Shown here in pieces: positions 24,341 through 37,337 of a DNA stretch of 64,000 nucleotides (positions within the stretch are counted from its first letter, which is position 1; each line of letters begins with the position of its first letter). Source of the DNA: Haliotis rubra (taxonomy: Eukaryota); NCBI RefSeq assembly GCF_003918875.1, contig NW_025767457.1:682001-746000 (forward strand), written 5' to 3'. The translations under genes and the position numbers were made by a program. The notes beneath the pieces were generated by a model that was given only the letters and a program-made list of their open reading frames with translations, made no database searches and was not told the origin of the DNA.

Positions 24341-24845
24341 GTAAGTGAGTTATTATTTAACGTCACATCGGCAATATTTCAGCCATATCGTGACGAGAAC
24401 ATATGTGACATTGAAGTGGAATAGATGTATATTATAAAAACCTGTCGACGAAGGACAGTAAAACAACTAGAATATCACAATTACAACTAAAACTAGTGTT
24501 GAAAATTAAAACTAATAGCACTACATGTATTTGGACAATACGATATAATAAGTGGCTATAGATCGCCAACAACTGAAGGTAGATCACTAAACTAGGGACC
24601 ACTAGTACTTTTGCTACCTGCATGGACCCTAGTTGGATTTATATCATCCCTTCAGCCGCTGGCGATTGAAATCAAATTTAGCCAAAATTAAAATGACAAA
24701 AATACTACATTGAAAACAGCTGGTAAATTTAGATTTCCTTTGAATGTTTCGGGACTTACGTACCCTCTCAGGAGGACAATAATTTTACGCTACTTCAACC
24801 CCCTTTGAGGGTACAGCCACTAAAAATCTCAGTTACTAATCTTAA

Positions 24846-27800
24846 CTACCAATAATAAAATATGACATGCTTGAACGTGATTCTTTCATCACAAGGGATA
24901 ACAAACGGATGATCCTCACCTTTTAATGGGTACTCATGAGTATATCTTGTGTGGCCAATACGACATCGTCGTATGATGACCTCTTCATATCTGGAATGAC
25001 AACCCAAGTAGGTGTAACCGATAGTTGGTTTTATTGCATGTAATTTATTGATACCTACTATGGTGTCCCACTTCTTTTGCATCAGATCACGGATGTAAGA
25101 TCTAATAGCAGCTTTGTAATCAGAGTATGGGATCAGAAGTGGTGTAACAGATTTATTGAGTGCTGCCTTAGCAGCAAGATCGACCATTGTGTTCCCTGAA
25201 ATGCCAGCGTGGCTGGGTAACCATCAAAAGACGATGTCGCATTGGCCAGTAGCAAGCTCATTATACAATTCTAGAATTTCTAATAAAAGTGGATGTTTAC
25301 AAGAAAGAATTTAATAGCCTGAAGACACGAAAGAGAATCAGAAAAGATTATGTATTGTTTATATTTACTGTGTTTATTAATACATTTAAGAGCTATTAAT
25401 ATGGCGTTAGCTTCTGCTGTGAAAATAGAGCTGTTATTTGGTAGTCGAGAAGATATTGTTCTGGATTCAATGACAGTGGCACATGCCACCGCGCCACCAT
25501 CCTTGGACCCATCTGTAAATAAGGATTTGTATGTATTAAATATATTTTTTAATTGATTATATTCTTGTTTATATTGTAATTCATTCGTTTCAGATTTCTT
25601 AAACTTTGTCAGTGCTAGGTCAACTTCAGGCCTCACCAGTTGCCAAGGAGGAGAAGAAAGAAGACGGGAAGGAGATATAATGTCCAGCTCAATGCCGGCA
25701 GCAGAAATGAATGGTTTAATTCTCAAACCAAGAGGCGGAACAAGAGAAGGCTTTTTGTTGTACAGATCATCAAAAAGAGGATTAAAAAAACAGTTAATGC
25801 AGGATTTGACTCATTAGAATATAATTTTGTTACATACTGCAAGGTAAATTTTATACGGCGTTGTGTAAGAGATGGCTCATCGGCCTCGACGTAGAGACTG
25901 TCAACAGGAGAAGTTCTTAAAGACCCAAGACAAAGTCTGAGGCCTTGGTGCTGGACTGAATCAATTAGTTTAAGGTTGCTTTTGCAGGCTCCACCACATA
26001 TGATGGAGCCATAATCAAGTTTCGAGCGGACCAGTGATCGATATAGGTGTAGAAGGGTAGCTTGATCCCCTCCCCACTTTGAGTTGGAAACAACTTTCAA
26101 CAAATGGAGTGCCTTAAGGCATTTGGCTTTAAGGGATTTAATATGCGGGAAAAAAGTTAAATGGGAGTCGAAAATGAGACCCAAGAACTTAGCTTCCTTA
26201 ACAACCTTGATGGGAGTGCCATTTAAAAATAGGTCTGTGTCCTTATGCGGCTTATATTTTCTACAAAAGTGTAGACAATTAGTTTTTTATTTAGAAACTT
26301 TAAAGCCGTTTTCAAGACACCATTTATTTATTTTATAAACACAACTGCAGTTGCCGTTCAATAGTATGCATATTTTTACCGCGACAAGAAATATTAAAAT
26401 CATCCACAAAAAGTTATCCATCACTTAAATCATTTAAAACCTTGGATAAACTGTTTATCTTGATACTAAATAGCGTGACAGACAAAGTACTACCTTGTGG
26501 GACACCCTGATCCTGATTATAATGGTCAGACAGGGTTGAACCCACTCGGACTTGAAATTGCCTGTTTCTTAAAAACTGTGATATAAAAAGAGGTAAACGA
26601 CCCCTCAAACCAAAATCGTGTTAATCCTTTAAAATGCCATGCTTCCAGGTTGTATCGTATGCTTTCTCGAGATCAAAGAATATTGATACAGCATGTTGCT
26701 TATTTATTAGAGCATGTTTGACAAAGGATTCTAATCGTACCAAATGATCAATGTTACTACGGTTTTTCCTGAAACCACATTGAATATCTGTTATAAGGTT
26801 ATTGGTTTCAAGATACCATGTTAATCTATTGTTTACCATTCGTTCCATGGTTTTACAAACACAACTCGTTAAAGAGATTGGTCTGTAATTTGGTGGATCA
26901 GTATGATCCCGGCCAGGCTTTGCTATTGGGACAACAATGGCATTACTCCGAGAAGTTGGGCAATTCCCTGAAGTCCATATTTGATAAAAAATATTTAGAA
27001 GTGTTTCCAAACACGATTCAGGTAAATATTTTAAGAGCTGATAGTGTATAGCCCCTGTTGCTGTATCATGAGCTTGCTCAAGGGCAGTATATAACTCATG
27101 TAGTGAAAATAGTTCATTATAATCTTCACCATTGTCCAAGTTAAATTTAATTCTGTTCTTTTCCTGTTGTTTCTGAAACTCCGAGACATAATTTGATGAA
27201 GACGAATGCTTGGCGAGAGTTTCACCAAGCTTATTGGCAATGTCAGCCTTATCTGTCAATACATTGTCACCATCCTGGACAGTAGATTTGCAACCTTTGC
27301 CTTTTATTCGTTGAATCATGTTCCACACCTTTGAAATAGGTGTGCGTGAATTTATTTTGGAAACATAGTTTCGCCAAGACTGACGCTTAATCTGTTTAAA
27401 GGTGCTTCAAGCCTTGGCATTTAAAATTTTGACTTTATCGAAATTATGGACAGTAGGGTGTCGTCGAAAATATTTTTCTGCTTTCTTCCTACTCTTTCTG
27501 GCCTGTTTACAGTCATTATTAAACCATGGATATGTGAAATTACAGAGGACAGGGATAGTTTCATCAGTAATATTCTTCAATTTAAGAGAGAATAATTGAA
27601 TCGGATCTAGAGCATTGTTAAAAAAGTCAGATTTCAAGTTGTCAGTACACAGTTTCTGAAATAAAGGCCAGTTGGCCATATTAAAATTCCACTGATTATT
27701 CAAATTCATTACATATGTTTGGATCTGTGAGAGACAGACCAAGTGCAGAATAAGTTCCAAAATCAGGATGTAAATAAGCGACTGATCCATCATTTAAGAT

Positions 27801-28295
27801 ACATAAATTATTATTGGAAATGAAGTCTTCGATGATTTTCCCTTTGTTGTTAGTATCGGTACTTCCCCACAAAGGGTTGTGTCCATTAAGATCACCCATG
27901 ATAATACAGGGTTTGGGAAGCTGGTCGAATAGATCCTGCAGATCGGACTGCTGAAGAGCCGAAGATTGAGAAATGTACAAAGAACAGAGCGTGAATGTTA
28001 TTTGTAAAGAAAGAGGGACAGCAACAGCCTGAAGATTGCTTTTAAGAGGGACAGGGTTATGAATAACACCCTGCCTCACCAAAATAGAAGCGCCACCAGT
28101 GGCTTTATCACCTGGGGGTGAAAACGAATGATACGAATTGTACTGACGAAAATCAAAGTTATCTGTACTTTTCAGGTATGTCTCTTGTAAACTAAAAGCA
28201 GATGGTTTAAAGTCTTGGGATAATAATTGTAAATAATTAAAATTGTTTCTAAGGCCTCTGCAATTCCATTGTATAATATTATGTGAGCAACTCAT
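24846..28295 (-). pseudogene. LINE copy 2 ORF2 (APE-RT-RNase H), frameshifted
   Basis: ORF fragments 27696-28295 (APE), 26621-27328 and 26414-26608 (RT; GVPQGS), 25723-26184, 25280-25726 (RNase H), 24846-25187. Confidence 0.93.
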
Positions 28296-29079
28296 GGGGG
28301 TACAATAGGAGAACGTGGACGAGACGAAATCCCTTTATGCTGAGATGACTGTGAGGGGCTTGTCTCCATATCTAGAGGTTCGTAGGTGTTAGTGCAGTCA
28401 GTGCAGTCAGTGCCATCCTGATTGTTACTACAACGGGAGCACACTTGGGGGTTTCTGCAAGACCTCGCACCGTGACCAAATTGTTGGCATTTAAAACAGC
28501 GGAGTGGATTTGGTATGTACACATCCACTTCGATGTTGATGTATCATGCTTTGACAGAAGATGGAATCTATGAGAGACCAAACGTGAAAAGGTAGGTGTT
28601 TGTTTTAATGGTGTTGTCACCTTCTCTCCTAGTGAACCGTTTTACAGACAGTACTCCTTGTGATTTCATTTCTGCCACAATCTGCTCTTCAGACATATCT
28701 TAGAGGCACTTTGCACGGTCACGTACGATGCCTCTACATGAATTTAGCGTCTTGTGCATTGATACGACAATCTCAGTATTGGCAAAATGATGAGCCTTCA
28801 GGAGATTTTGAGACTGTTGTCTCCTTGCGCATTCCACAAGAAGAGAACAAGACCGGAGACGTGTAACATTTTAACAGTTCCACAAATGCCTTCAATGAAT
28901 TTTGAAATAATGAAAGGATTGATTTTGAGGGGCGTGCCATCAATTCCATCGACAACAAGAAATCGTGGCCAAGAATCAATATTGTTTAAGGATTCCTCAT
29001 CAGAAGATGTTGCAGCATCAGTATCGATGTGCCTTCTTTTCGTTTTTGATCTGGAACCAGTGGGTAGTTGGGTAGCCAT
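28292..29079 (-). pseudogene. LINE copy 2 ORF1 (Gag-like, CCHC), frameshifted and internally deleted
   Basis: MATQLPTGSRSKTKR...WPRFLVVDG; YIPNPLRCFKCQQFGHGARSC zinc knuckle. Confidence 0.85.
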
Positions 29080-29647
29080 AATGAAAGATATATTCAACAC
29101 CCTTGCTCCCCACCCACCATGGAGTGTCAACAAGGACGGAATTGCAGCGGAAGCCAACTACAACACCAGGGCTACGAGGATGCTATACTCCAGCAAGAAA
29201 GACACAGGTAGCTATAATAGTCAAACATAGTAAAAGGTCAGGCTGGGCCGGCCCTAGACAATTACCTGATGACAAATAGAACCCGGAGGTCATTAATGCC
29301 AGATTGGCCCATGAGCCACTGCCTTCTGTCATAGGACTCTAGGCAAAGTTGGAATATATTCTGAAGTTGGTGGTTTCCATATTAACCACATGAAATATCA
29401 GTATATACAGGAATTATAATTATCCATGCTCAGGGCATGGCGTGACCAGCCGATTGATAGAACCGGGCCAGTTCTACCCCCCGTCTAGGTGAAGTAAGGG
29501 TCGAAGTGGTGTGTTGGGCAAAAGGAACACTGTTCCTGGCTCTTTTGCCCCCAACCACCAGAATCCCCTCCTCCACCGACACAGGGGCGCAACCCACGGC
29601 AAACGGGTTGGTGGACCAAATATACCCCCGGGTCCACAACGGGGGTT

Positions 29648-29706
29648 TGAAGAGCTCTTAGCGTTACCCAGCACCCACCACGAGGAGGTGGCTCTTCACG
29701 GGTGCC
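29648..29706 (-). ncRNA. HDV-like self-cleaving ribozyme (minimal, P4 nearly absent) at the LINE 5' terminus
   Basis: Minus strand reads GGCACCC G TGAAGAGC C ACC TCCTCGT GGT GGGTGCT GG GTAAC GCTAAGA GCTCTTCA. P1 is 7 bp with a G1-U wobble, P2 8 bp, P3 ACC/GGT, L3 UCCUCGU, P1.1 CC/GG, J4/2 GCUAA. G1 abuts the TSD. Confidence 0.85.
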
Positions 29707-29828
29707 AAATGGGATAGGATGACATGTGTCAACCAAGTCAGCGAGCCGGACCACCCGATCCCGTTAGTCGCCTCATACGACAAGCATGGGTTATTGAAGA
29801 TCAATTCTAACCCGGATCTTCAAGGGTC
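29707..29828 (-). mobile_element. 5' half of the same split SINE
   Basis: gatgacatgtgtcaaccaagtcagcgagcc...taacccggatcttcaagggtc. Confidence 0.85.
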
Positions 29829-31944
29829 TATGAGTGTTGTACATCTAAATGAATTGTGATAAGCATTTGATTGAAAAAACACCCAACAACACATGACAAC
29901 ACAACTATATAACCTGTTGACATTCTAATGGTTTCAAAATCAGCCCTGAAGCCGAAACATAGTACTGTGTTTGAAAGCGTTATTGCTGTTGTTACCATAT
30001 TTGATATCAACTAATGTGTACTTCCTTTGGATGGACTCACAAGCAGAACAGCGAAGGATTCCTTTAAAATCTCACTTGTGTTGAGACAGGCATATTTTCA
30101 GCCTGCCGCAAGGGTACGAGTGACGTAAACGGCTTGGATTACGACGATAAAGGTTCAACGTCAGCAAACATCATATGGATAAGGCTCATTGATATCTCCG
30201 AAATACCCCAAGAACATGATGGTCAGGCACTGGGTAAAACTATGACTGAGTATTGAACATGACACGACCTCTTTACTGAACTTTTGATGTGCTCCTGAAC
30301 ATCATGTCGAATCGTTCGTTCTATGGCTATGTAAATGCCAAACAATTCAGTCGTAATCCCTTGTTTGGTTTGTATAAGGAAAAAAGAGTACAGAATAAAT
30401 GGAAGTGCAACACGTATAAACTAAGTACATAGAAAAAAGAAAGTTCATTGAAGCAAAGAGGGTCCATTAGAGAAATAATGGTACATCGTTTCTCTCGAGT
30501 ATATATCAGTCACTCTTGAAAATAAGAACTATTTCATTTTGACCTTTGTTTCAGCTTCTACACACACTGGTTTGAGAGCTACAGAACTGATACGAGAACC
30601 CAGTTAATGTCATCTTTATGTCATAATGAAACGCACTTATAATATGACGTGATGTATCGGAACCCATCCGACATTTGTTAGGTTATTTTTCAATGTTTCT
30701 ATTTTTTCTGATGGCAAATCAAGATTAATCGAACTATTTGTTGTATCGGGCTTCGTAAATTGAACAACATGCTACCAGTGGAAGACACTGTCATTATAAA
30801 AATGCGATGTCTTTCTGACAGTTAAATAAAGAAGCCTGGCTGCAGTTTTATCATTACATTGATTTCGTAATCGGACTAAAAGGAGGTACATAAATCAACA
30901 TAAATCATAATCCGTTCTTCTGAATTGTTTTTAGTTGATGTGTGACTTGTCCTCTACTACTGTTCTTCATTTGATACATACATGAAGCTCGTTTGAAATC
31001 TGTATACACACAATGACATTAGCTGTCAGCACACCAATACTCCTGTATTGCCGTCTCGTATTAGTGTTAAGGTATTATGAACACTGATATATTACCAAGA
31101 ACCATGGTGCTATATATAACGGTAGAATCAACAGCGATACTGTTCCATTCTTTGACGTTCTCTATATAATACCGAGGAGTTGCGTAACTATAAAAGCCGT
31201 ACGTTAGTTTGAAGGGAAATACCATGTACCCATATGAACACGTTTCACTCTTTAACATTCTCTATTTTGATATCAAGATGGCATAAGTCATAATTTGTTC
31301 TATAGATAACCTACAAACGTTATTAGGTTTGAGTGTGTGTTACTTGTGTCGGAAATGCAAACTGGATTCCAGAGGAAATAACAGCAACAGTTTCATATTA
31401 CCATGCAGTGATGGTTACTTCTCTGCGACCCAAAGGAACCATCAACGATGCACGTCATATCGCCAATATGTAATGTTGTTACTCTTATGAATTGCACAAA
31501 TCATATGGTTAGTCAAACTTTATTTTTTTCTCACCCAGCACGTTACCTGGTTTATATGGAATCATAGAAGGGACACTGTCGCGTTGTCACACTTTGTTCA
31601 TTTTTAACTTTGAACTTAGTGTTGTAAGGGTGACGACCCGGCAACTCGAAAACGCATCACTTCCACGATTCGATACATTTAGGGTATAGATAATGTTATG
31701 AATGGGTTATTTCAGTGGCAGCAAACATTTTGTAAAATGTTTTCCAGTGTTTATCTCTGGTTGCAAATAGTTGAACTGCCAGTAAAACGTATTCGTACCA
31801 GTACCGGTTATGGGAATACGAATCTGTTTTATTTGCTGACATTATCTTTATAATGCTGACATTTGTTCTGCACATCTTTATAATGACAAGGTGTCAGGCA
31901 GCTATGCGTTGTTCTGCACATATTTACCTCTATTACAAAGGTTT

Positions 31945-32140
31945 TAGTGTTAAATCTGTATGGCATTTGTGGCAAACGCCATCGTGATTCTGAAGGAAAC
32001 AACAACGAGTAAATGATTATCGTAACACAACAGTTCATGTCATGTTATAAGAAGCTGAGGTGTAAATCTGTAAGGCATGTGTGGCAAACGCCAAAGAGAT
32101 TAAGACAGCGAGTAAAGGATTATTGTTAAACAACAGTGGA
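31945..32140. repeat. Imperfect tandem duplication, period about 110 bp
   Basis: taaatctgta.ggcat.tgtggcaaacgcca...cgagtaaa.gattat occurs twice. Confidence 0.8.
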
Positions 32141-35100
32141 CGTTATTATTAATAAGTGATGTTTTACTGCGTGTAATGTAAAACAAAACACATAATATGG
32201 TTCGCTAACATTTGATGGTTTTCTCACAGCACGCTGAATGTCAGTGAGCACTGCCGATGTTCGTGTTAACTCACTTCCGTCATGGATAGCGATGTGTGGA
32301 AATACTTTCAGTGGCGAGAGGAGGCTGGTGTAGTTATATGTGCAGCAACTGTCAGTAGCTACAAATGTATAAAGTGCTGCAGTGAATCCTTTGCCGGATG
32401 TGAAGAGCAGTCAACGGTAGCCAGTGGGACTTACAGAATGGTTTTGTTTTGGAGTTGTTCCCCTTGTGGTGCACAGGAACATGCTACGCATGTAGTCATT
32501 TAGAGCTAGTGTTGTGTGTGTGTTGATTATTCTTGTTGATAATTTTCCATCCTGCCCCAAACATCAATATTCATATTATTTCTTTGTTTGCTTGTTCAGC
32601 ACAATATTCCAACTGTATGACGGCGGCCTGTAAATAATCGAGTCTGTACAAGACAGCAATGTCATTGACATCATGAACATCGTTGGGATACGATGACATG
32701 CATAAACCAAGTCAGCTACCCGACCAAGCAATCCCGTTAGTCTTACGTCAGCCATGTGTTGCTGAGCACAAAGTCTGACCTAAAACCTATTTTGCTACAA
32801 CATATTGGCCCTTGTATATTTATTGATTATAAATGGTCTTGTATGTGGTGATTTCGCAAATTACTTCTGTGCTAGCTCATTTGGAGGTTAAGTTCTAATT
32901 TGAAAGTAAGCTCGCAACAATAGTTGGTAGACATGCTAAGCTGGAAGGAGCTTTGAACAACGTCAAGATTTTATCTCGACGTGCAGGACAATATTGAAGG
33001 AGAGCTCGAGAAGAAGCCGGTGCTGGTGAAAAGCACCAAAAAAACCCAACAAAACAAAACAAAACCAAAAACGGATCAGATGAATGCACACGTGCTGTTA
33101 TAAACAGGCACACAATTTGAATTCCCCATGGCCACCTGAATACGTAGGTTTGCTTGATGATTTCACCCATCTCCTTCGAAAAAGAGACAACACCGAAGCT
33201 GATAACAAAGGTCATTAAAAGTTGAATTCCTGAGAAGTCCAACTGTTGTAAACATTTTGTAACCAGTGCTGCTGAATGCTGATACAAGAAGTGGTGTAAT
33301 TACTATCTGTTCATAAATACATTCTAGAAAGGAATAAGATATGGGCTTACACAAGATTGGTTTGCTTTTCTTTCCAAATCCCCCAAATTACAATTGTACA
33401 GCAATTATAAATCAACATTATTGCCAGAAAAATACTTCTATTGTTTTCTAGCTCCAAACTGGAGAAGAGCTCTTACAACATTTAGATCTGAATTAAGAAT
33501 TCTCACTCGCAGTCACCCACACAGTCTGATAATCTGTAACATTGGGCTCATGGCCAGAATATACGCAATGAATTCTGTTCTGTTCTGTTCCAATGCTGCT
33601 GAATCGTGTGATAACAAAAAACAAAAAATACAAATGCCGAGGCTTCTGACGCGTTATACCGCGGCTGATGACATCAACGGTCCTTCGGGGTGCACTGCCT
33701 GCAATTTGAAACAAAACATATTCTTTTGGAAAGACAGAATAACAAAACAAAACAAGAAAGAACAAATTAATCTTGGCAACAACTCTCTCCCTGTATCATG
33801 CATAACATCGTTTGTCATATATTATTTATGATTGCATATCTGGGAAATATCACTTTTGTCAGTGGGGTGCCACCAAATCCCCTGTAACATATGAGCAAAA
33901 CAACTGTGATTGCCTGAAGGGCGTATCCCGCCGATGAAGTAATACACAGAGCACACAGTATGATATATGTATAGAGAGACTTTAAATTATTGCATTTCCT
34001 GCCTTGGTCTCTCTTGACACGAAACAATCATTTCCTGTAGGGCGGAGTGTCATTTTCGCCGGTTTCACGGACACCTGGTGTCATAGTTGTAATGTTGTAC
34101 TTGCTGGCGAGGGTATTCTGAGTTCTGTTTTATATGATGTCGTAAATCGATGAGTGGGGATGTCTCACACACAAGGAAAACAAAGAAATAAAGAAGCAAA
34201 CCATTGGCCGAGAAATGTCAATTTCAAACAATCTTTTTATAAGTTTATTTTTATAGGACAATAATTATAACAGTACTACATTATCCAGCTGGAACGAAAT
34301 ATTGACAGATTTTCTACTTATATTACTATTATACACATGCTCTAAATACATGTTTGCCATTGTATATATTCAGTTATGAGCATGGGTCCCGGATTGTATT
34401 AGAAGAGTCCCATTCGACCTTCGGTAGTTGTGGCGTTGTACAAGTTTAGCTCTTATTCATTGCAACTCCTGTATCTTGTGGATAGAATGTCTGCCCCGAG
34501 AGCGTCATACAAAATTACTGGCGGTGGGATGGCCGAAGACCCGGGTTCGATTCCCCACATTGGTACAATATGTGAAGCCCATACCTGGTGTTCTCCGCCG
34601 TGATATTGCTAGAATATTGATCAAATTGGCGTAAACCTAAACTCACTCACTGACTCCTACAAAATTACATAAGATGGAAACCTGTTATTCTGCTGGCGCT
34701 CGTCGTTAACGGTATGAACCAGTGACGGACCGGCTCAGGATCAGTGTACTGCCTGGGATGCCTGTGTTAAAATGATGCGGCATAGGCTCTCAGTGGTCTT
34801 GCACTATAAAACCGGCATTAGTCCTGACTGCTACAAACAGCTTCACAAACACGTAAATGAACGTCACTGTATGACTGAAATAATCTTGAACGCAACGTTG
34901 AACCCCATCTCATCTCACACCATCACTTAAAATCATTGTAAAATGGCCACACACATAAATAGATTTTATCAAGAGAGAGTATTTGGTGATGGTCAATATC
35001 ATGTAATAGGAATAAACATTGTGCTTAGGGCTCCTTGGCGAGATGAATACATAACGTATTTTTCTAATACAGGATATTGACCATCTCGAAATACACACAC

Positions 35101-37162
35101 GTGATAATCTCCTTATCATGTAACGTAATTTTTAAATTCAATCTTCGAAAAAAATATTCTCATCTCTTACAAATGGTGTACGAACATGTTTAATTATTCC
35201 TGGAATGTCCGATTTTACGCATAACCACATATTCTTTGATTTGTCATGCAGACGGTGACAACAGGCAACCATTGGAATTTATGTTTTGCAGTTGGTTAAG
35301 TAACACATGGGCAAGAAGACGTACTGTTTTAAGTCTTTGAGCACAATTATATCTTGGTTGGTGATGTTTTTATTGATGGCAATGCATAGCTCCTCCCGAA
35401 AGAGTAAGTACCCTTTATTAAAGTGAAGTTGCGAGACGGCACATTGGTTTCGAGTCTGCTTGGTCTTTGTATCATAGATCCACAGACGGGTAATATAAAA
35501 CGTAAACCAAACACGAATCGGATGTATTTCAAGACCAGGAGACTCAAAAGAGGGCCAGAGATCTAGAAACAACTATGGAAACTCAAACTCCTACAGCCCT
35601 CGCTAAAGTGCTACCAGCGCCTGAAATATGTCTCCAGTTAGACGCCAATTTTCGGTATCTTAGACTATTGTATTGATAATGATATCAATTAGCAAAGCAA
35701 TTTGTCTAGATACCCAATGATCAATTTCCACTCGGTAGCCAGCAGAAAACGCCATGCTTGCAAAAACCAAAAGCATTACCTATATGACCCCTCTGTGATC
35801 CTTAGTGGAACATGAATAGTAATATTAGATTGGTTCAAATAGTGGCTATATTTGAGTTTACAGAGCGAGAGTAATTGTGGATTTAGTTTATTTAATTTCA
35901 TTAGGATATAATTAGTTTATAAAATGATACACAGTTTATTGATGATGGGTGGTTGTCCTCCGTCGGTGATGTTTTCACATTATACTTCTGTAACATGATA
36001 CTTTCGTATCTGTTTCTCCAATTAGTTCTGCTCTTCAGCAAGCAATCGGAACACGGAACCCCTCGAACGATAGCATCTTGCCAGTGCGACGTTGATGATG
36101 TTGATACCGCCAACGAGTGACTGAGAGCAAATTATAATTAAGCTATTTGTTTACTTCATATTGTTTGGTTAGATTCAAAGAGGGAAAACCATTGATGAGT
36201 GCGTGGTTTCGGTTTATGGCCGCACTGAACAATATGTAAGTTATTTCAATTCTAATTTTTATCATTAGATTTATTATTTGCCTACTTGCATATAGAACAA
36301 TGTTTTTGTCAGTAAAATGGTGCCTAAACTACCATATGTGTTTATCTGTATGTATGGCACAACTGCTTTGACAACATGCTTAGTTATATACTGAGGTAAT
36401 ACAAATTGAGAAATTATTCATCTTCAGTTCAAATAAAGTTATACAGAAAATATTCTCGAATTCCTTGACATATCACTGATATTAGTATACAGGCCAACTG
36501 CTATTGAGAAACATCCAAATTACCACACTTAAATAACTAAGCTGGCACGCTGTGATATAATTGGAATACTGTTTAAAGTTTTCGGACTTCTGGCCATTCT
36601 TTCAATAGTCGTTGCCAATATTGTAAAGCTTAAACTCTGGATACACGGTTTATTTGCATTTACAAACATATAAATGTTCTTCTTTCTTTCAAATTAGTAT
36701 AGACCCCATATATCTGCCGCATATGACACCATTGGATATATTTTAATATGACGCTCTTTGTTATTTGTTTCATGATGCAAGCTCTGAACGATCCTCGTTA
36801 TATTACCATGTTATAAAGTTTGTTTGTCAACACCAGATACAGTGCAGTTGCATAAATAGTAACAGGAACAGTTGTACAAAGTATATTGTATGATGTAACT
36901 TACCCTGCTATCATAAATTTGAAAAAACCCTAAATCATTTATGAAGATGCAGCGAAGATGCGGTTCATTTTTAATCTGCAAAAATTACTGCCACTAATGG
37001 GATCACGTTCGATGGCATTTATGCACAGAGCGATACACATGATGTTGATCACTGGATTGTAGGTATAGACTCGTTATCAAAAACAATGTCATATGGCTGG
37101 AAATTTGCCGAATGAGGCGTTTAACAACAAGAACAACAAACAACAAACCAAAAACCAAGCAA

Positions 37163-37337
37163 CTGACTGACTGACTGACTGAGTTTGGTTTTACGCCGCT
37201 TTTAGCAATATTCCAGCAACATCACGGCGGGGGACACCAGAAATAGGCTTCACACATTGTGCCCATGTGGGGATTCGAACCCGGGTCTTCGGCGTGATGA
37301 GCCAACGCTTTAAACCATTAGGCTACCCCACCGCCCT
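37163..37337 (-). mobile_element. Short tRNA-derived SINE (same family as 15188-15361)
   Basis: A and B boxes (ggttcgaatccc). TSD caaaaaccaagcaa / caaaaaccaaacaa. Confidence 0.88.

Larger units (their letters stand above)
24341..29706 (-). mobile_element. Full-length, degenerate I-group (Nimb/I-like) non-LTR retrotransposon, copy 2, inserted into a SINE-like repeat
   Basis: Same domain order as copy 1. TSD aattgggatagga 24328-24340 / aaatgggatagga 29707-29719. The 3' UTR is closely similar to copy 1. Confidence 0.95.

Noticed and set aside
36540-36870. LINE ORF2 fragment (IYPMVSYAADIWG, minus strand)
   Set aside because: Plausible CR1/L2-group relic inserted in copy B, but a single weak motif is not enough to annotate it.
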